Shown here one piece after another: positions 37,278 through 50,200 of a DNA stretch of 64,000 nucleotides. The position numbers and the translations under genes were made by a program. Source of the stretch: Pocillopora damicornis. Its lineage: Eukaryota. Location: NCBI RefSeq assembly GCF_003704095.1, contig NW_020844837.1:558001-622000 (forward strand), written 5' to 3'. The notes under the pieces are model-generated. The model ran no database searches. It had not been told where the DNA came from and saw nothing but the letters and a program-made list of their open reading frames with translations. Position 1 is the first letter of the stretch; every line of letters begins with the position of its first letter.

Positions 37278-39045
37278 CTAATGATGATCCTGTAAACATT
37301 CATCTAGGAATTCTATCACGGTCTGTGCAAATTCTTTTGGTTTTTCTGAATGAGGCCAGTGACCACTATCAGGAATATACTTAATGTCTGCTCTGGGAAA
37401 CAGTTTGCGAATTGCAGGAAACTCCTCTAGCCTGAAAAAGAAATAATATTGTGAGGTTCTTAACATTTGATATGACAGACAGGAAGAACTACACTGGATG
37501 ATTGTGTCCATTCAGTTACACGGGTAACAGGTTTCAAAAATCCACATATCTTATTTTAAGTTCCTCTCTGGCTGGTAACATCTTGTTAAAAAACATCCAT
37601 AAAATGGAAATGAATCAGAACCTGTCAGTGATTTTAACTTAGTTGATTTAGCATAACTACAAAATTTCTAGTGTTTTATAAAGTATTTAAGACAAAACAG
37701 TCTGAACTATTCTTAAGTTTGTTTTGGATTCCATAAAGTAATCATTTAGTATCTATGCCTGCGAAAGCATCCCTATTCATGAACCTAGATGGCTTTCTTC
37801 AAACAGTCAATTTTTTTTAACTGTTAAAAATATCAGTCTGCAGAAATAACATCTGTAAATAATGCACACATTTACAAATCTTCAATCTGTATAACATACA
37901 TGTAAATTTAAAAAATTAATGGCTTTCATGCATGTAATCTTCAATTACATTTCACAGGCTTACACAGAGACATGTTCTCCAAGGTTGAGCAATGTTGAAC
38001 ATAATGATTGTACTTACTGGATGTAGTCTGATTTAGCTCCACCAACAAAAAGTGTCTTTCCTTCAAACTGTTGGTGAGGAAAATTTGATGGAAAACCAGC
38101 AACTTCAGATATGTTATTCTCCAAGGCTTCAAGGTTAATTCTCCACTTAAAACCAGCTGCACTTTTTATAAGGTTGGTGAGAAAGAATGACCTCAAGAAT
38201 GCGTTCTGTATCCAACAATCAGAAAATATTTCAAAGAGTGAATTTTAATTAGAATTTGTCATGCCGTTTGAGCTACATTTCAAGTTAACCCCTTAACTCC
38301 TAAATGTGATAAGCACAAAATTTCTCCTTATAATAAGCATCCATTATCTAGCAAACAGGTAAAGAGAATCCTCAGACTTATCAGGGAGAATTTTTTATCT
38401 TTATATAACACCAAATTCTTGTAACTAATTTACAAGGAAATGTGTAGCAGCTAGAGGGGAGAATTTAGAATCAGATCTTGAGAGTTGAAGAGTCAAAAGC
38501 AAACATTTAATGTACTGCACTTACAGGTACAACATCCATTAACATCTTTTCAGCATCTTTCTTATCCTTGATGAGATTTAAATCCATAGCCCGCTTTGTT
38601 GCAAGATAACGTGGAATATCTTCATCTAAAGACAGTTTTGTAGGGGACATGTCTACTACTATAAGGCTGTCCACAAACTCTGGATGAGACAGAGAAAATG
38701 TCATGGCAGTTTTTCCTCCCATACTGTGACCCATTAAAATTGCTTTTGAAAGTTCCAGTTTTTGAAACAAATGCCATAAATCCAGAGACTGATCAAAGTA
38801 GTTCATGTCTGGACTATGATCACTTTGTCCATGATTTCTTGCATCAACAGTAACTACCTGTAGTAGGAGAGTGTGAAATTCTGAGATTAGATAGTTATTT
38901 ACCCATCTGCCTTCTAATCATCATCTCTTATAAGAAGGAATTGTAATTTGAAGAATAGTTCTTTCTTTCAGTCACTTTGAATGTAAGTCTTTTAGTCTCC
39001 CTTTCAGTTTCAATCTGTGGGGAACAGAATGAGAATCAGTGGACT

Positions 39046-39080
<35 letters not shown>

Positions 39081-40047
39081 GTAACTTCTCACTGTCTGTC
39101 TGCTTGCCCATCAGTCAACTTCTGGCAAAACAGTGTGAATCAAAGGGTTTCTACTCATATCAGATGAAACCCTAAATGTAGAGAATGCCTGAAAGGAGAC
39201 TGTTTTTACATCTCTGTATAGGTGCATGTGTCCGTCAACCTCTAACAAAGAGAATATCAAAAAAGAGTGTTTTTACTGTCCACCTGAATGTTTTGTATCC
39301 CAAAGTTAATTATCAATCATACAATTTTTTAATTCATTGTCTACTATGAGCATAGAAACTGTCAAGTGTACAATCCACGTAATTTTTAAAAATGTGTAAA
39401 CAGGAAGACCCATGACAAAACAACTAAAACGTGATTGAAAATAATGAAAGATCTGGGAAAATTGAAATTGCAGAAAGAGGTTGATTGTCTACCTTTCTGT
39501 CAGTTTCCCTGTTAAATAACTTGGCCAGTGTTCTCCAGTTTGTTTTTGATCCAAACAGGCCATGTAAAATGACTATAGGTGGTAAATCGTCCCCTTCAGT
39601 AGTTGCATCTATACTTTCATAAGCTAAATTAACTGCTGAACTGAGAAGAAAAGCGAAAGAAAATGAAAAACTACGCTTTAATTATGCAAGGTTTTGCTTC
39701 TGCAGCTCAAATCCGTTCCGTAACAGGTTGCTCCTCATTACGTGTTGAGTTACATTCTCTAAAATCGAGGAAAGGATTTCGTTTAAAGTCAATAGCTTTG
39801 TTCTATTTAAACAAAACTGGCATTGGCACACAATGAGAGTGTAGTTGATCTTCCTTTCCGGTCAATGCGTTTAAACAACTTCCTTAAAAGGCAATTTTGT
39901 AAGTTGTTGGAGACACAAACTTCCTCACCTCCCAGTCATAGCGCTGTAATGTGAAAAACTTTGCCATTTCGGTAAGTAGCCTTTTTTAACACGCACACGA
40001 CTCTTATAAACAAAACAACACCACCTCTTGAGGCATAAAAAGGTCAT
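37278..40047 (-). CDS. ABHD11: Mitochondrial alpha/beta hydrolase ABHD11. Exons: 40047-39929, 39640-39493, 38857-38525, 38205-38018, 37431-37278. 313 aa.
   Basis: ILHGLFGSKTNW, VDARNHGQS, GHSMGG nucleophile elbow, VVDMSP, FFLTNL, WRINL, SGHWPHSEKP. Basic N-terminal presequence-like exon 1 joins in phase; exon 1 is the least certain part. Confidence 0.9.
38285..38496. mobile_element. TTAA-bounded MITE copy in an ABHD11 intron
   Basis: Begins TTAACCCCTTAACTCC and shares AATGTGTAGCAGCTAGAGGGGAGAATT...TCAGATCTTG with other copies. Confidence 0.7.
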
Positions 40048-40317
40048 AATTATTTTCAACTGTTTATCACAGCAAAGCAACTGCAAGGCGTTCCGATTAG
40101 CTGGCCAGGTTACGTAATTACAAACTCTTACTAGGGAGCCAAGCCTTTGAAGTAAGCTTGATAACAATCTGGGTCGAGCTAAGCCCCACCTCAAATGTAC
40201 CACGTGATCACAACTTCTACTCGAGTCCTAACAGAAGCTTACTTCCTGTGAGAGCAAAGGGGAAATATTCCCTTTTCTATTTAAGCTTGTGTAAGTATTT
40301 TAAATGCGTATTCAGAT
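40048..40317. promoter_or_regulatory. Probable bidirectional promoter of ABHD11 and RAB35
   Basis: Only 270 bp separate the divergent ATGs. Contains CACGTG (40201-40206) and an ETS-like ACTTCCTG. Confidence 0.55.
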
Positions 40318-43300
40318 ATGGCTGCCAGGGATTATGATCATTTATTCAAGCTCTTAATCATTGGGGATAGCGGTGAGTGAGAGAAAAATTGTGACTTACT
40401 ATAAGGAAACCGGACTGAGAGGTAGCTATAGTGAAAACGTCGTAAAAATTGCCAACGACATCAGAACAAACCGTAGTACGTGTAAAATCATACCGCAATT
40501 TCCAGGTCTTTTAGCGTATGCTAAATAAGCCTGATATGGTTCGGCTGTCCTGATAAGAGAGCTACTGTTCACAATTGCCCTTGTAAACAAACGGGCCGTA
40601 ATTTGCTTGTGTAACACGAATGATCATGTTTCGATGACTTCTGACGTACATTGCGAACGAATTTTGTAACCGATAGAAGTAGTTCAGTGGTTTCTTGGTA
40701 GACCTAGGTATATCTAAGCAATTTCTTTTGGTGTGTTATGTCAGCTTTTATGTTTACACAATCATAATGTCAAGAGTTTCACAACATTCAAACTATTTAC
40801 AAACAGCTGATTCTAGCATTGCTTTGGGCTAGTGTGATCATTATCCTCCAACTGGCACTCAAAGCGTCGCTTGTAAAGCTTCTCTGTTATGATGACGGAA
40901 ACCAAAGACAAAATCCCGGGAGTTAGAACAGAGATTTGGACATAAAATCGGAAGTTTAGGGGGATTGTAGCAGAATTTCACGCTAAATTTCACTTAAATA
41001 GAACCTTGTGTTTGACGCGCGCACTTCATTTGAAAATACGATGACAGGGTTGAAATATTGTACTAATGAAAAGTGAGTAGAATTAAAATTTGAATCAGAA
41101 AGATCAATGTGGGCGCAGAGCAAGTAGCAAAATACAGTTAATAGGAAAAATCATTTGGCATTCCAACAAGGTGTCTAAGTCAGTTTGACCTCATGACTTA
41201 TGTATGATACTGTACCTGTAGTGTCAAGGCTCTAGCACATTCTTAATCTGTACTAGCCCTGATAAGGGAGAATATCTTTTAGGGTCAGTTGATGGGAGAC
41301 TCTTTGTCAAAGGTGACAGAGGTGTAAGGTTGAAATATCAGCTTCCTAAATTGATATTAATTAGGTAGGCTGTTAATTTCAGTCTATTTCAATGCTGGGA
41401 TCTCTCTTCAGTCATACATGTAGAATGTGTACAATAGTGTAACCAAATAAGTGCAGAAATCGTCTTCAACCTTTTTTTTTTTTTGTTCTCTTCTTAGGTG
41501 TTGGAAAGAGCAGTTTGTTACTCAGATTTGCAGATAATATGTTTTCAGGTATATACATGAGATTTTTGTTTTGATCTCTATAGTTGAATTATGTAATTTC
41601 AAAAATGAACAGAACTGCAGGTGATGTTTTGCATGTACTAGCAATAGTTTTTAAGACCAACAGAATTGTGAGGTAAATTTCTTACTGCTTACTTATGATT
41701 GGCTAAACAACATGGTGTTTTGTCTGAAAATTTTATATGGGCAACAGACATAAAATAATACTGTGTAGTTTCCAGTGAACTGAAAAGGGCTGGCTTCCCT
41801 TCATTTTATTTCTTCACAACTAGATTAAGTCACTGGTTGTTGTTTATACATACATTATGCATTATACATGTATGTTGCTCCTTAAGTTTGACCAGATTGT
41901 CTTCTTTTGGGAAACTTTTTCAGGATCCTACATTACAACAATTGGTGTGGATTTTAAGATAAGAAAGATCAATGTTGATGGGGAGATGGTCAAATTACAG
42001 ATCTGGGATACTGCAGGACAGGAGAGATTTCGCACAATAACATCGACGTAAGAACCATTCTGCAGTTAAATGTCATTTTAATTGTAATACATGTTATAAT
42101 TGCATTTTTAAAAAAATACAGTTTACAGCAAGCTGATATATTAAATACAAAGGTATCAGTTTGTAAATTATAGAAAGAGGAGTTACACAATGTTAGTCTA
42201 TTGTTGTGGAAGATGAATTCAGTATTGCGATGTTTATTACCCAAAAAAATTTAATTGTGTTCTGGGCAATTCATACAGCAAGGGAAACAGTACAAGGATA
42301 TCTACATATACTAATTGACTAGGTGGACCTGAAAATGTTATGCCAGGGGTTTTGACTTTCAGAATGATTGTGGCAAGGTCTGTACATTGTGACCATGGAC
42401 TAAGTATTTTTTCCTCTGCAGGGTGACTTAGTGTGGTCAATAAGCACTGCTATGTCTCTTTCTTCATTTTTTCTTCCTTTTTTTATCCTGCACCTTGTGC
42501 AGCAGTATGCCAGGCTGTGCAAGTTTTTTCAGCATGGCTTGCACTATCATGCACAGCCTTCATACCAATTTTAATGTTGTTCAACAAGACAGCATGCAAG
42601 GCCATATGGGTCATCTAATAATAACTAACATTGCAGTAAGAAATTTTTCTGATGGTAGGGTTTCTACAGATGTAATTTAGTATTATCAACTGAGTTGATA
42701 ACACAAATTGGCCACCATAAAGAGTTTCAAAGCTGACGTTTTGAGCATTAGCTCCTCCTCGTTTGCCCTGATGAAGGGCTATTGCTTGAAATGTTAGCTT
42801 TACATACTTAACATGCTTACTTTGAAACTCTTTACGATGACTGATTTGTTATCAACTCAGTTGATTATACTTAATTACCCTGTTATACTCTCCCAACAGC
42901 ACAGCACCACAGTTTCTTAAGAAACTTACCCCCTTTCTACTGGTGTGCCCATCTTGGCTTGATGAACAACACAATATCCTGTATGACAATGCATTTACAG
43001 TCCTCCTTAAATGAGCTAGATCTCTGGTGAAAATATTGAATAACTTTTATTTGTTTATGGCATATAATCAACAGATATTACAGAGGAACACATGGAGTTA
43101 TTGTAGTATATGATGTAACAAGTGCTGATACATTTGTCAATGTGAAAAGATGGCTGCATGAAATTGATCAAAATTGTGACGATGTCCAGAGAATTTTGGG
43201 TGAGTCAAATCTCATTACATTTAAACATGCATGTCTTATTGAAATAAATGTAAGATAAAGTTTTCTATTTAATTACATTACAATAGAAGAAACTGAAAAG

Positions 43301-44920
43301 GGCTGATATTGCGTGTTCCTCTCGTCACCCAGAGTTGGGTCTAGGTGTTTTGGCTTCCAGTCGCTGTATGTATTGATTTACATGTAGGTTTTCTTGTTTA
43401 CTGGTCATAAAGTAATCTCGATGCCATGAATAGTTAATATGTACAGTGTAATGACAGCAAAAACAGTGACAAGAGAGCAGAACTTGCAGTCAGCACTCCA
43501 AGCTGCAGCTGTTTAGGTCATCATGGTGATTGGAAAAAAAATTTGCGATTAAATTTGCAGTTTGGAGACCTGGTTTATAATATCTATGGTATTTAGTTGG
43601 TTTGCAGCTTTGTAATTTGATCTTGTTTTGTTTCTCCCAAGTTGGTAACAAAGATGATAATCCAGAAAAAAAGGTTGTTGTAAAAGAAGATGCTGTGAAG
43701 TTTGCAGAACAAATGGGGATCCAAGTATTTGAAACAAGTGCAAAAGACAACAAAAATGTAGAAGATGTATGTATTGTTCTTCCATATTGTATGTTCAGGT
43801 CTGCATTTGTTTTAGGCAAAACAGGAGACACTCTTAGTTTGTGTAGTGAGAGAGACTCTGGTAATGGAATCAATTCCATAACTAGACACATGCAGTAAAT
43901 TGTGATTAAGGTTCTTTTATATCTGACTTAGTTAATTAAAACTTTATTTTTCATTATTGTTAGCTATTTTATCAACAAAATTTTTTTTGCTTTAATTTCT
44001 GCTTCTTAAAGGATGTATATTGTGGAGTGACATATACTTAAATAATGCCATATTTAAGAAGGTCTTACTTAAATTCAGCAAAACGTTTAGTTGATATTGT
44101 TGTTTGGATCAATCAATAGATCAGTCTTTGAGTCAGGTAGCCAATTAATCCGTCAGTAAATCAATCAGTTGTTCAATGAATTTACAAATTCATTAATTAT
44201 CCCTTTACACCTTAACATTAGTATGCAAGGTTCTCCATATTGTTCACTATACATTTTAAGAGCTTCTCGAGTCTGCAAACATTTCCTCTATTCTCATGAC
44301 CTCAATGTTGGATTCAAGGGTGATACTGTCGGGAGAAACTACACAGTTGATGCTTGTTGGCCATTGGGGTAAAAGGGTAAACAAACAAATCACTCACTCA
44401 CTCAATCATTGAATCAATCAATCGATAAACATCACCACCTAAACCAGTCAATAAATAAATCAATGGTTGCCAATCAATCAATCGTCCAATCAATCAGAAT
44501 TCCCAAGTGATCAATCAATCAATCTTTGCTAATCAGTCAATCAATCAGTCAGTGACCAATGAGTCATTGAAATAGTCAGTCAAGCAGCCAGTCAGCCAGT
44601 CAACAAGCTATGCAAGACATCTCTTTCTTCCATCATGTTGTTCCAACCATTCTGTATGGCTGTCCTTCTGTCCGGTTTATTCTTCAGCCAGTCAGTGAGT
44701 CAGTCTGAACTTTATGATTTGGTTAAATTCATTCTTGAACTTGCAAGCATCCAGACTTATTTCATTTCATTTTTAACACATTTGTCTGTAGGTATTCAAT
44801 GCAATAACACGTATGGTTCTACGGCAAAAGAAGGAACAACAAGCAAAGGCCAATGAACAATCTGGAGTAATTAAAGTTAAAAAGGACAAAAAGAAATCTA
44901 GGAAAAAATTTTCATGCTAA
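40318..44920 (+). CDS. RAB35: Rab GTPase Rab35. Exons: 40318-40372, 41498-41548, 41924-42047, 43075-43199, 43642-43766, 44792-44920. 202 aa.
   Basis: [76 protein letters not shown], polybasic C-terminus. Confidence 0.95.
42682..42936 (+). repeat. Palindromic repeat with a hammerhead-like core (CTGATGA...GAAA) of the type associated with Penelope-like elements
   Basis: TTATCAACTGAGTTGATAA arms and AAGAGTTTCAAAG/CTTTGAAACTCTT flank a core at 42768-42791. Related fragments at about 3018-3080, 5140-5228, 36703-36758 and 61121-61150. Confidence 0.55.
44388..44602. repeat. Degenerate (TCAA/TCAG)n tetranucleotide repeat, intronic. Similar tracts at about 30480-30630, 39047-39100 and 55029-55125.
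   Basis: Visible tandem tetramers. Confidence 0.75.
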
Positions 44921-46972
44921 TGTACAAAAGCCCCAGATTTTACAGACTTTTAGCATCAATACAGTGTTAACTGTGTTAGAATATGAACCTGTATTTACCT
45001 AAATTGTTAAGAGGTTGTCTTTAAGCTGGCTTGATGCCTGCAAAATAATGTGACTCAGTATGCTACATGATTCCATAATTCACAGATATCCTGTTTTCCT
45101 TGCCATATTTTCCATTGTGTACAGATCCTGCATTTGTGGCTTACTATCCTATCAAATTTATAGAATTCTGTTAATTATTTTCAAATTCTTGCTGCACATT
45201 TGTGTGTTCTGGTAGAACAAAAGTGAAAATGTACAAATGTACCTGTAGAACTGTATAAAACTGTTCTTTTTTGCCTCAAAAAAGCCACAAGCTGGCTATG
45301 TTTGTGTTTTCTTGTGTTGCAGATAGTAGAGGATGCTAACGCCATGTATTGCAAAGGAAGAGAGTACAAAATCAATAAATTAAACCCACACAATGATTGA
45401 GGTTGTAGAGCTAACCAAGATTGATTTTTACCTAAGTTTTTTTAGTGTTGATTAAAAACAAATTTCAATGGCAAGAAACAGTTACTTACACTCCAACTTG
45501 CTTTTAAATCAGCCTTTACAAACGTACATATTTCACAAGGCAAGTTGCTAGTCTCAAATCTATGTGCTAAACTAGGGGGTAGGTGGGGGGATTTTTGTTA
45601 ACACTTGCTTACAGAGGAATACATGCATGTACTTACAGATAATTTATGGTTTCATACAGTTCTCTCCTTTCACAGGAAAGTCCTCTTCCACCGAAAAAGA
45701 AGCCTCTACTGCAATATTTACTAAATGTAACAAAGTGTCAGTATCAGAGTCATTGAAAACTTGACTTTTTTATTTTAAAAAAGTGCTTGGTTGAAAACTG
45801 ACTGCCCATTGCTTTTTCCTGGTCATATAACCAGTAATTTACTGGTTTGATTATGATACAAACTGTTAGTACTTGTTTAGTTCTTATTCAGGAATTATTG
45901 ACTAAAGTTATTATTTACTTGTGGTGAACAACAATCTATATTTTTTATGAAGTTTCTCATTACCACTACATTAGTCATTAACAAATGCAATAAACTGCCC
46001 TGTTTTCCAACTGCATAGACTTGGAGAGTTATCCTTTTCTTCTAGGCCTAATTTGTTTGTTTGTGTGGTTTTTTTTTGGGGGGGGGGGGGAGGATGGGGT
46101 GGAGATGTAAGCAGCAAAGGGGCTTGGTTATCATTTACCATTTTGATCAAAATTTAAATACAGTACCATACACTTAAAGCATAGAAACAAACAAAATAAC
46201 TCAAATAAAGCACTGTTCTATAACTTACCAATTCCCATTATTAAGAGGATAATCCAAAGGGAATCTTGCAGGCTTGAGGTGATAAAAGATCAATTCTTCA
46301 TTCCATCAAACACTTGCACCCCTAATCTGTAGTGACATTGGGCTTCAAAATGGTTGTTTGTTGTGATATCATAGAACACAACTTGTAATTATGAGGTACT
46401 ATTTAATCTCTTGTAAGTGAAATGGTGCTGATTATGGTATTTTTTGATAAAGATAACCTAAGTAATGGCCTGTGTATATTATTTTGTACACATAGACTGA
46501 AAAGAGATCTCAGTGGTTTGCTCTAAAGAGTTTCTGATAACTTACAAGCTTAATGTCAATGAAAGCAGTGAATTTTACTCTTGAATTCATATCTTGAGTT
46601 AACAAATCTCTGTCTTGGGTTCCAATTCTAAGGCACTTGTGTTGGAATTACTAGCAATTATGTGGAAAGGGGTCAGTTGGCACCAAACTGAGATATAAAG
46701 TCAGTAATCATTGTTTTGTTTTGAAATACATTTTATTACAATATGTTTCTCTCTTTAGGCATTGGTGCTGTAGTAAATTATGATTGATATGCTATGAATT
46801 GTTATGTGCGTTTATATGGTTCACCATAGAATGCAAGGATTAACATTTTAGATCCAACTCTTCAAAGAAATTGTTGAACTTATAGTGATAAAGATAACGG
46901 ATAATACTCATGTCATGCAAATGTACCTCAGAGTTCATGTTAATGTTTATAACAATACTTGGCTTTTTACAG

Positions 46973-47180
46973 TAAACCCCTTTCACAGATCAAATTTGTC
47001 ATTCTCCTAACTGTCAACCATAAAATTCTGATGATGTCAGTTCAGAGAATTTAGTATTGGATCATCTAATTATCCCCAAATTGATATTTTTCTTTAATCT
47101 CATCACTAATCTGATTGGTAATGTATTGATATTGTAAGGAGAAATTCTTTCTTGGTCACTCACGGAAGTTAAAGGGTTAA
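46973..47180. mobile_element. TTAA-type MITE just downstream of the TSP1 gene stop codon
   Basis: TAAACCCCTTTCA ... GAAGTTAAAGGGTTAA. It is a reverse-complement relative of 3623-3832. Confidence 0.65.
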
Positions 47181-47201
47181 GAACTCTTAACTTTTTTATT
47201 T

Positions 47202-50200
47202 TTATTGAAAACTATTTACATTACAAGGGAACAGGTTACACAGTCGTGTCTGTCTGTTTGAGCCTAAAATGGTACAGTCTCTTCCACCAATTTCTGGACG
47301 GGGATTATCACAAAAACGGCTTCTCTCTTGAATTCCTCCACCGCAATCGGCGTCACACGGCAGCCAGGGTGACCACATACTGTATCCTCCATCAACTGTA
47401 CAAGTAAACGGTAAATCTCTGTTAAAGTTGCCAGAACGCTACAACGCAGTTGATGAATCATCAGTGACGTAACTGAGCACTTAATTTTAATCTGTTTTGG
47501 GAATCTCTAAATTAGAGAGGTGGATTGGGTAAGGGTAACTTGTAGGGTAGGGTCAAGGAGACTCGCTTTGGCCGAAACTTCTTCTTGATCTTTTGTGGAG
47601 TGAAGTGTCTGGGGGTTTGCCATTCTCTCTTCCTGTCAAGCATGCACAGCATGTGGTAAGACTTTCTCTTACAGTTTGTCACTTCCTACATTTAGTTAAC
47701 CGTGAAGTGAGGCGCTCTGTGATTAATTACCCTGATCATTTACGCAAGTCAACTACAGAACCCTCATCTAGTGTCAAAAAATATCTAGGCCTTCTTGCCC
47801 AATTGCCCGTTCAGAGAAGTTAAATCATTGATTTTAGCCTTTGACAGCAAGCTGAAGTACCTGGGCAGCTCCTTGTGCTGCAGGTTCGTGTTTGCACAGG
47901 GTGCCCAAAGCATGACTTCCCGCCATTCATTGGTGCTGGGTTTGTACAGGTTCTAACCCGCCGTTGAATTCCGCCACTGCCGCATGTTTTAGAGCAAGGA
48001 CCAAATGCACTCCATGAACTGTATCCTCCATCCACTGTGGTGAAGATGAAAATAGTTCAGGGATATAGATTCGTGTACATGTACTTCTGACTTGGGGAAA
48101 GTCTCAAGCGTTGAAATTCTCCCGGGTAGCATTGTGAGAGAACTTGTGAGCAACCTTTTTGTACACAGTTCTACAATGTTGAGCCATTCTGATAAAGAAT
48201 TCTCGATTTTGTACAACAACGTCCAAGGTCGAGACTGTCTATCAGAATGTACATGTCTTAATATTTTTTTAATTTTGCAAATTTTTTGATCGTCTCTCAA
48301 CCAGAGGTCTGGAGACGGATGAGGAAGAGAGGCTCAGTTTAATGCTCGAGAAAGACGTCATGTAAACGGCTCTATTCCTTTCACCTTTTCAGTCAACAAT
48401 AACCTCTCTTTTCATGACCTTCTTGTAGTCTTTTTTCCATTCCTAAATGAGTCAAGAGTAAACCGTTATCGATTGCTAAATATACCTGGACAGCCACGGC
48501 GGTTGCAGCGTCGAACTTGAATGGCCGGTCCTAACGAATGACACATCTTTCCGCCACCAGAGGGCAGGGGGTTGTTGCAAATTCTGGTTCGCACCTGAGC
48601 GCCTCCTCCACAGGACCTGTCACAGTTACCCCAGTCTGACCAATCACTGTATCCGCCATCTGACAGAAGGAAAAGGAATACATCAAGTTAAAACACAGCT
48701 TATATCGACTTAAACTTACGTACACGACGCTGCCGGCAAGAGAACCCATGAAATTCGCGGAAACTGAAAGTCACGTAGAATTAAAACGTCTTAAAATCGT
48801 CTCTATAATTCATACTAAAAAAGAGCGCGCTAAACGCGTTTGTGGTAGGAGAGTCCTTAAGTTCTTGCATATTGTATATATTGTATATTCTTTTTATACC
48901 GAAATCATTCAAGATTTCGCCTAGTAGTAGCTGTTTTACTCATCCGTGTTGCGTGTGTGCAAAAAGATGTAAGGGCCACGACAGAAATGTCTTGCGTGGG
49001 ATCAAGGTGAACGTGTAAACTCACCTTTAGTTAGTGCACGAGTGAGACCAGGCTCTGTTACATGTTGCAAGCTGGACACTCGTGGGTTATGAAACGCTAA
49101 ATATCATAAAACAATGTTAGAAATCAGTAAAAAAAAGAAAGATGGTACAATTTGAACCTGGTATTCAAATATTGGTTACCAACGTGGGCTAAAGACCAAA
49201 AGGAACCCGCGACGAGCATTTCAAACTCAGACCTAACATTTGATGATTGAAATCTTAATTCGTGTATCCCTGATTTTGAATTTACCTTAGACTGATGTTC
49301 TAAACAAATATTTGAAAAGCTAACAATCGTTAGAAATAAAAACTTCGCTTTTCTAGACAATTGATAATTACTGTGAAACTCTAGAGTTATTACGTTTAAG
49401 AAAAACACTTTCTTTTCACCGCTATTCCTTACGTCACCTGCATAAATTGTCGCTGGATTAAAAGCGAATAGCTTGACGCTTTGAGCTTCTAGGCCTTGGC
49501 TTAAGCTTGGAAGAATCTGAGAGGTATATGCTGTCAGTTTACAAAATATAAAAAAAGAATTAAGATTTTGTTAAAGAAAACAATAATGAAGTTTGGTCAA
49601 CACTCGTCGGCTTCAGTGGATTAGCAGAACGATTTCCAATCCGAAGCTCTCTCTGTTGGTCAGCCTCTTATCTGTCTGTCATCGAGCGGTTCGTCACTCA
49701 GTTGATTCGTCATTTAGTCTGTCAGTTCGTCAGTCAGTGTCGCAAACAGTTAACTATTCATAAATTTGGCACGTCTGTCACTAAATCTTTCCATCAGTTT
49801 TGTTTGTCTACAGTTCGTATTCGCACTCAGACTTAGTCAGATGATCTTCTTACCTGGACAGATTCGGTCAAAACATGATTGATGCTGAATGGAAAGTCCG
49901 TTACACAATCCACTAGTGGGAAAGAGTGTTGGATTTATACAAGAGCGCCTGCGAACTCGAAATCCAACACCACAGGTCTTGGAGCATGCGCTCCAGAAAC
50001 TCCAAGGCGTAAACAATTGATGACTCACATCACTCCCCCTGGGTAATAGACCTGGATAAAAGATAGGGATATTATTGTGAAAACAAAGTTTCCAGCAAGC
50101 ATGCGCAGCCTTGCAACCATAAAATAAAAAGTTTTCAATGTGGCAGAGACAACGAGCTCAGAATGCAGCTTGACAAAGGGGAATTTTGCCTCCCAAGGGA

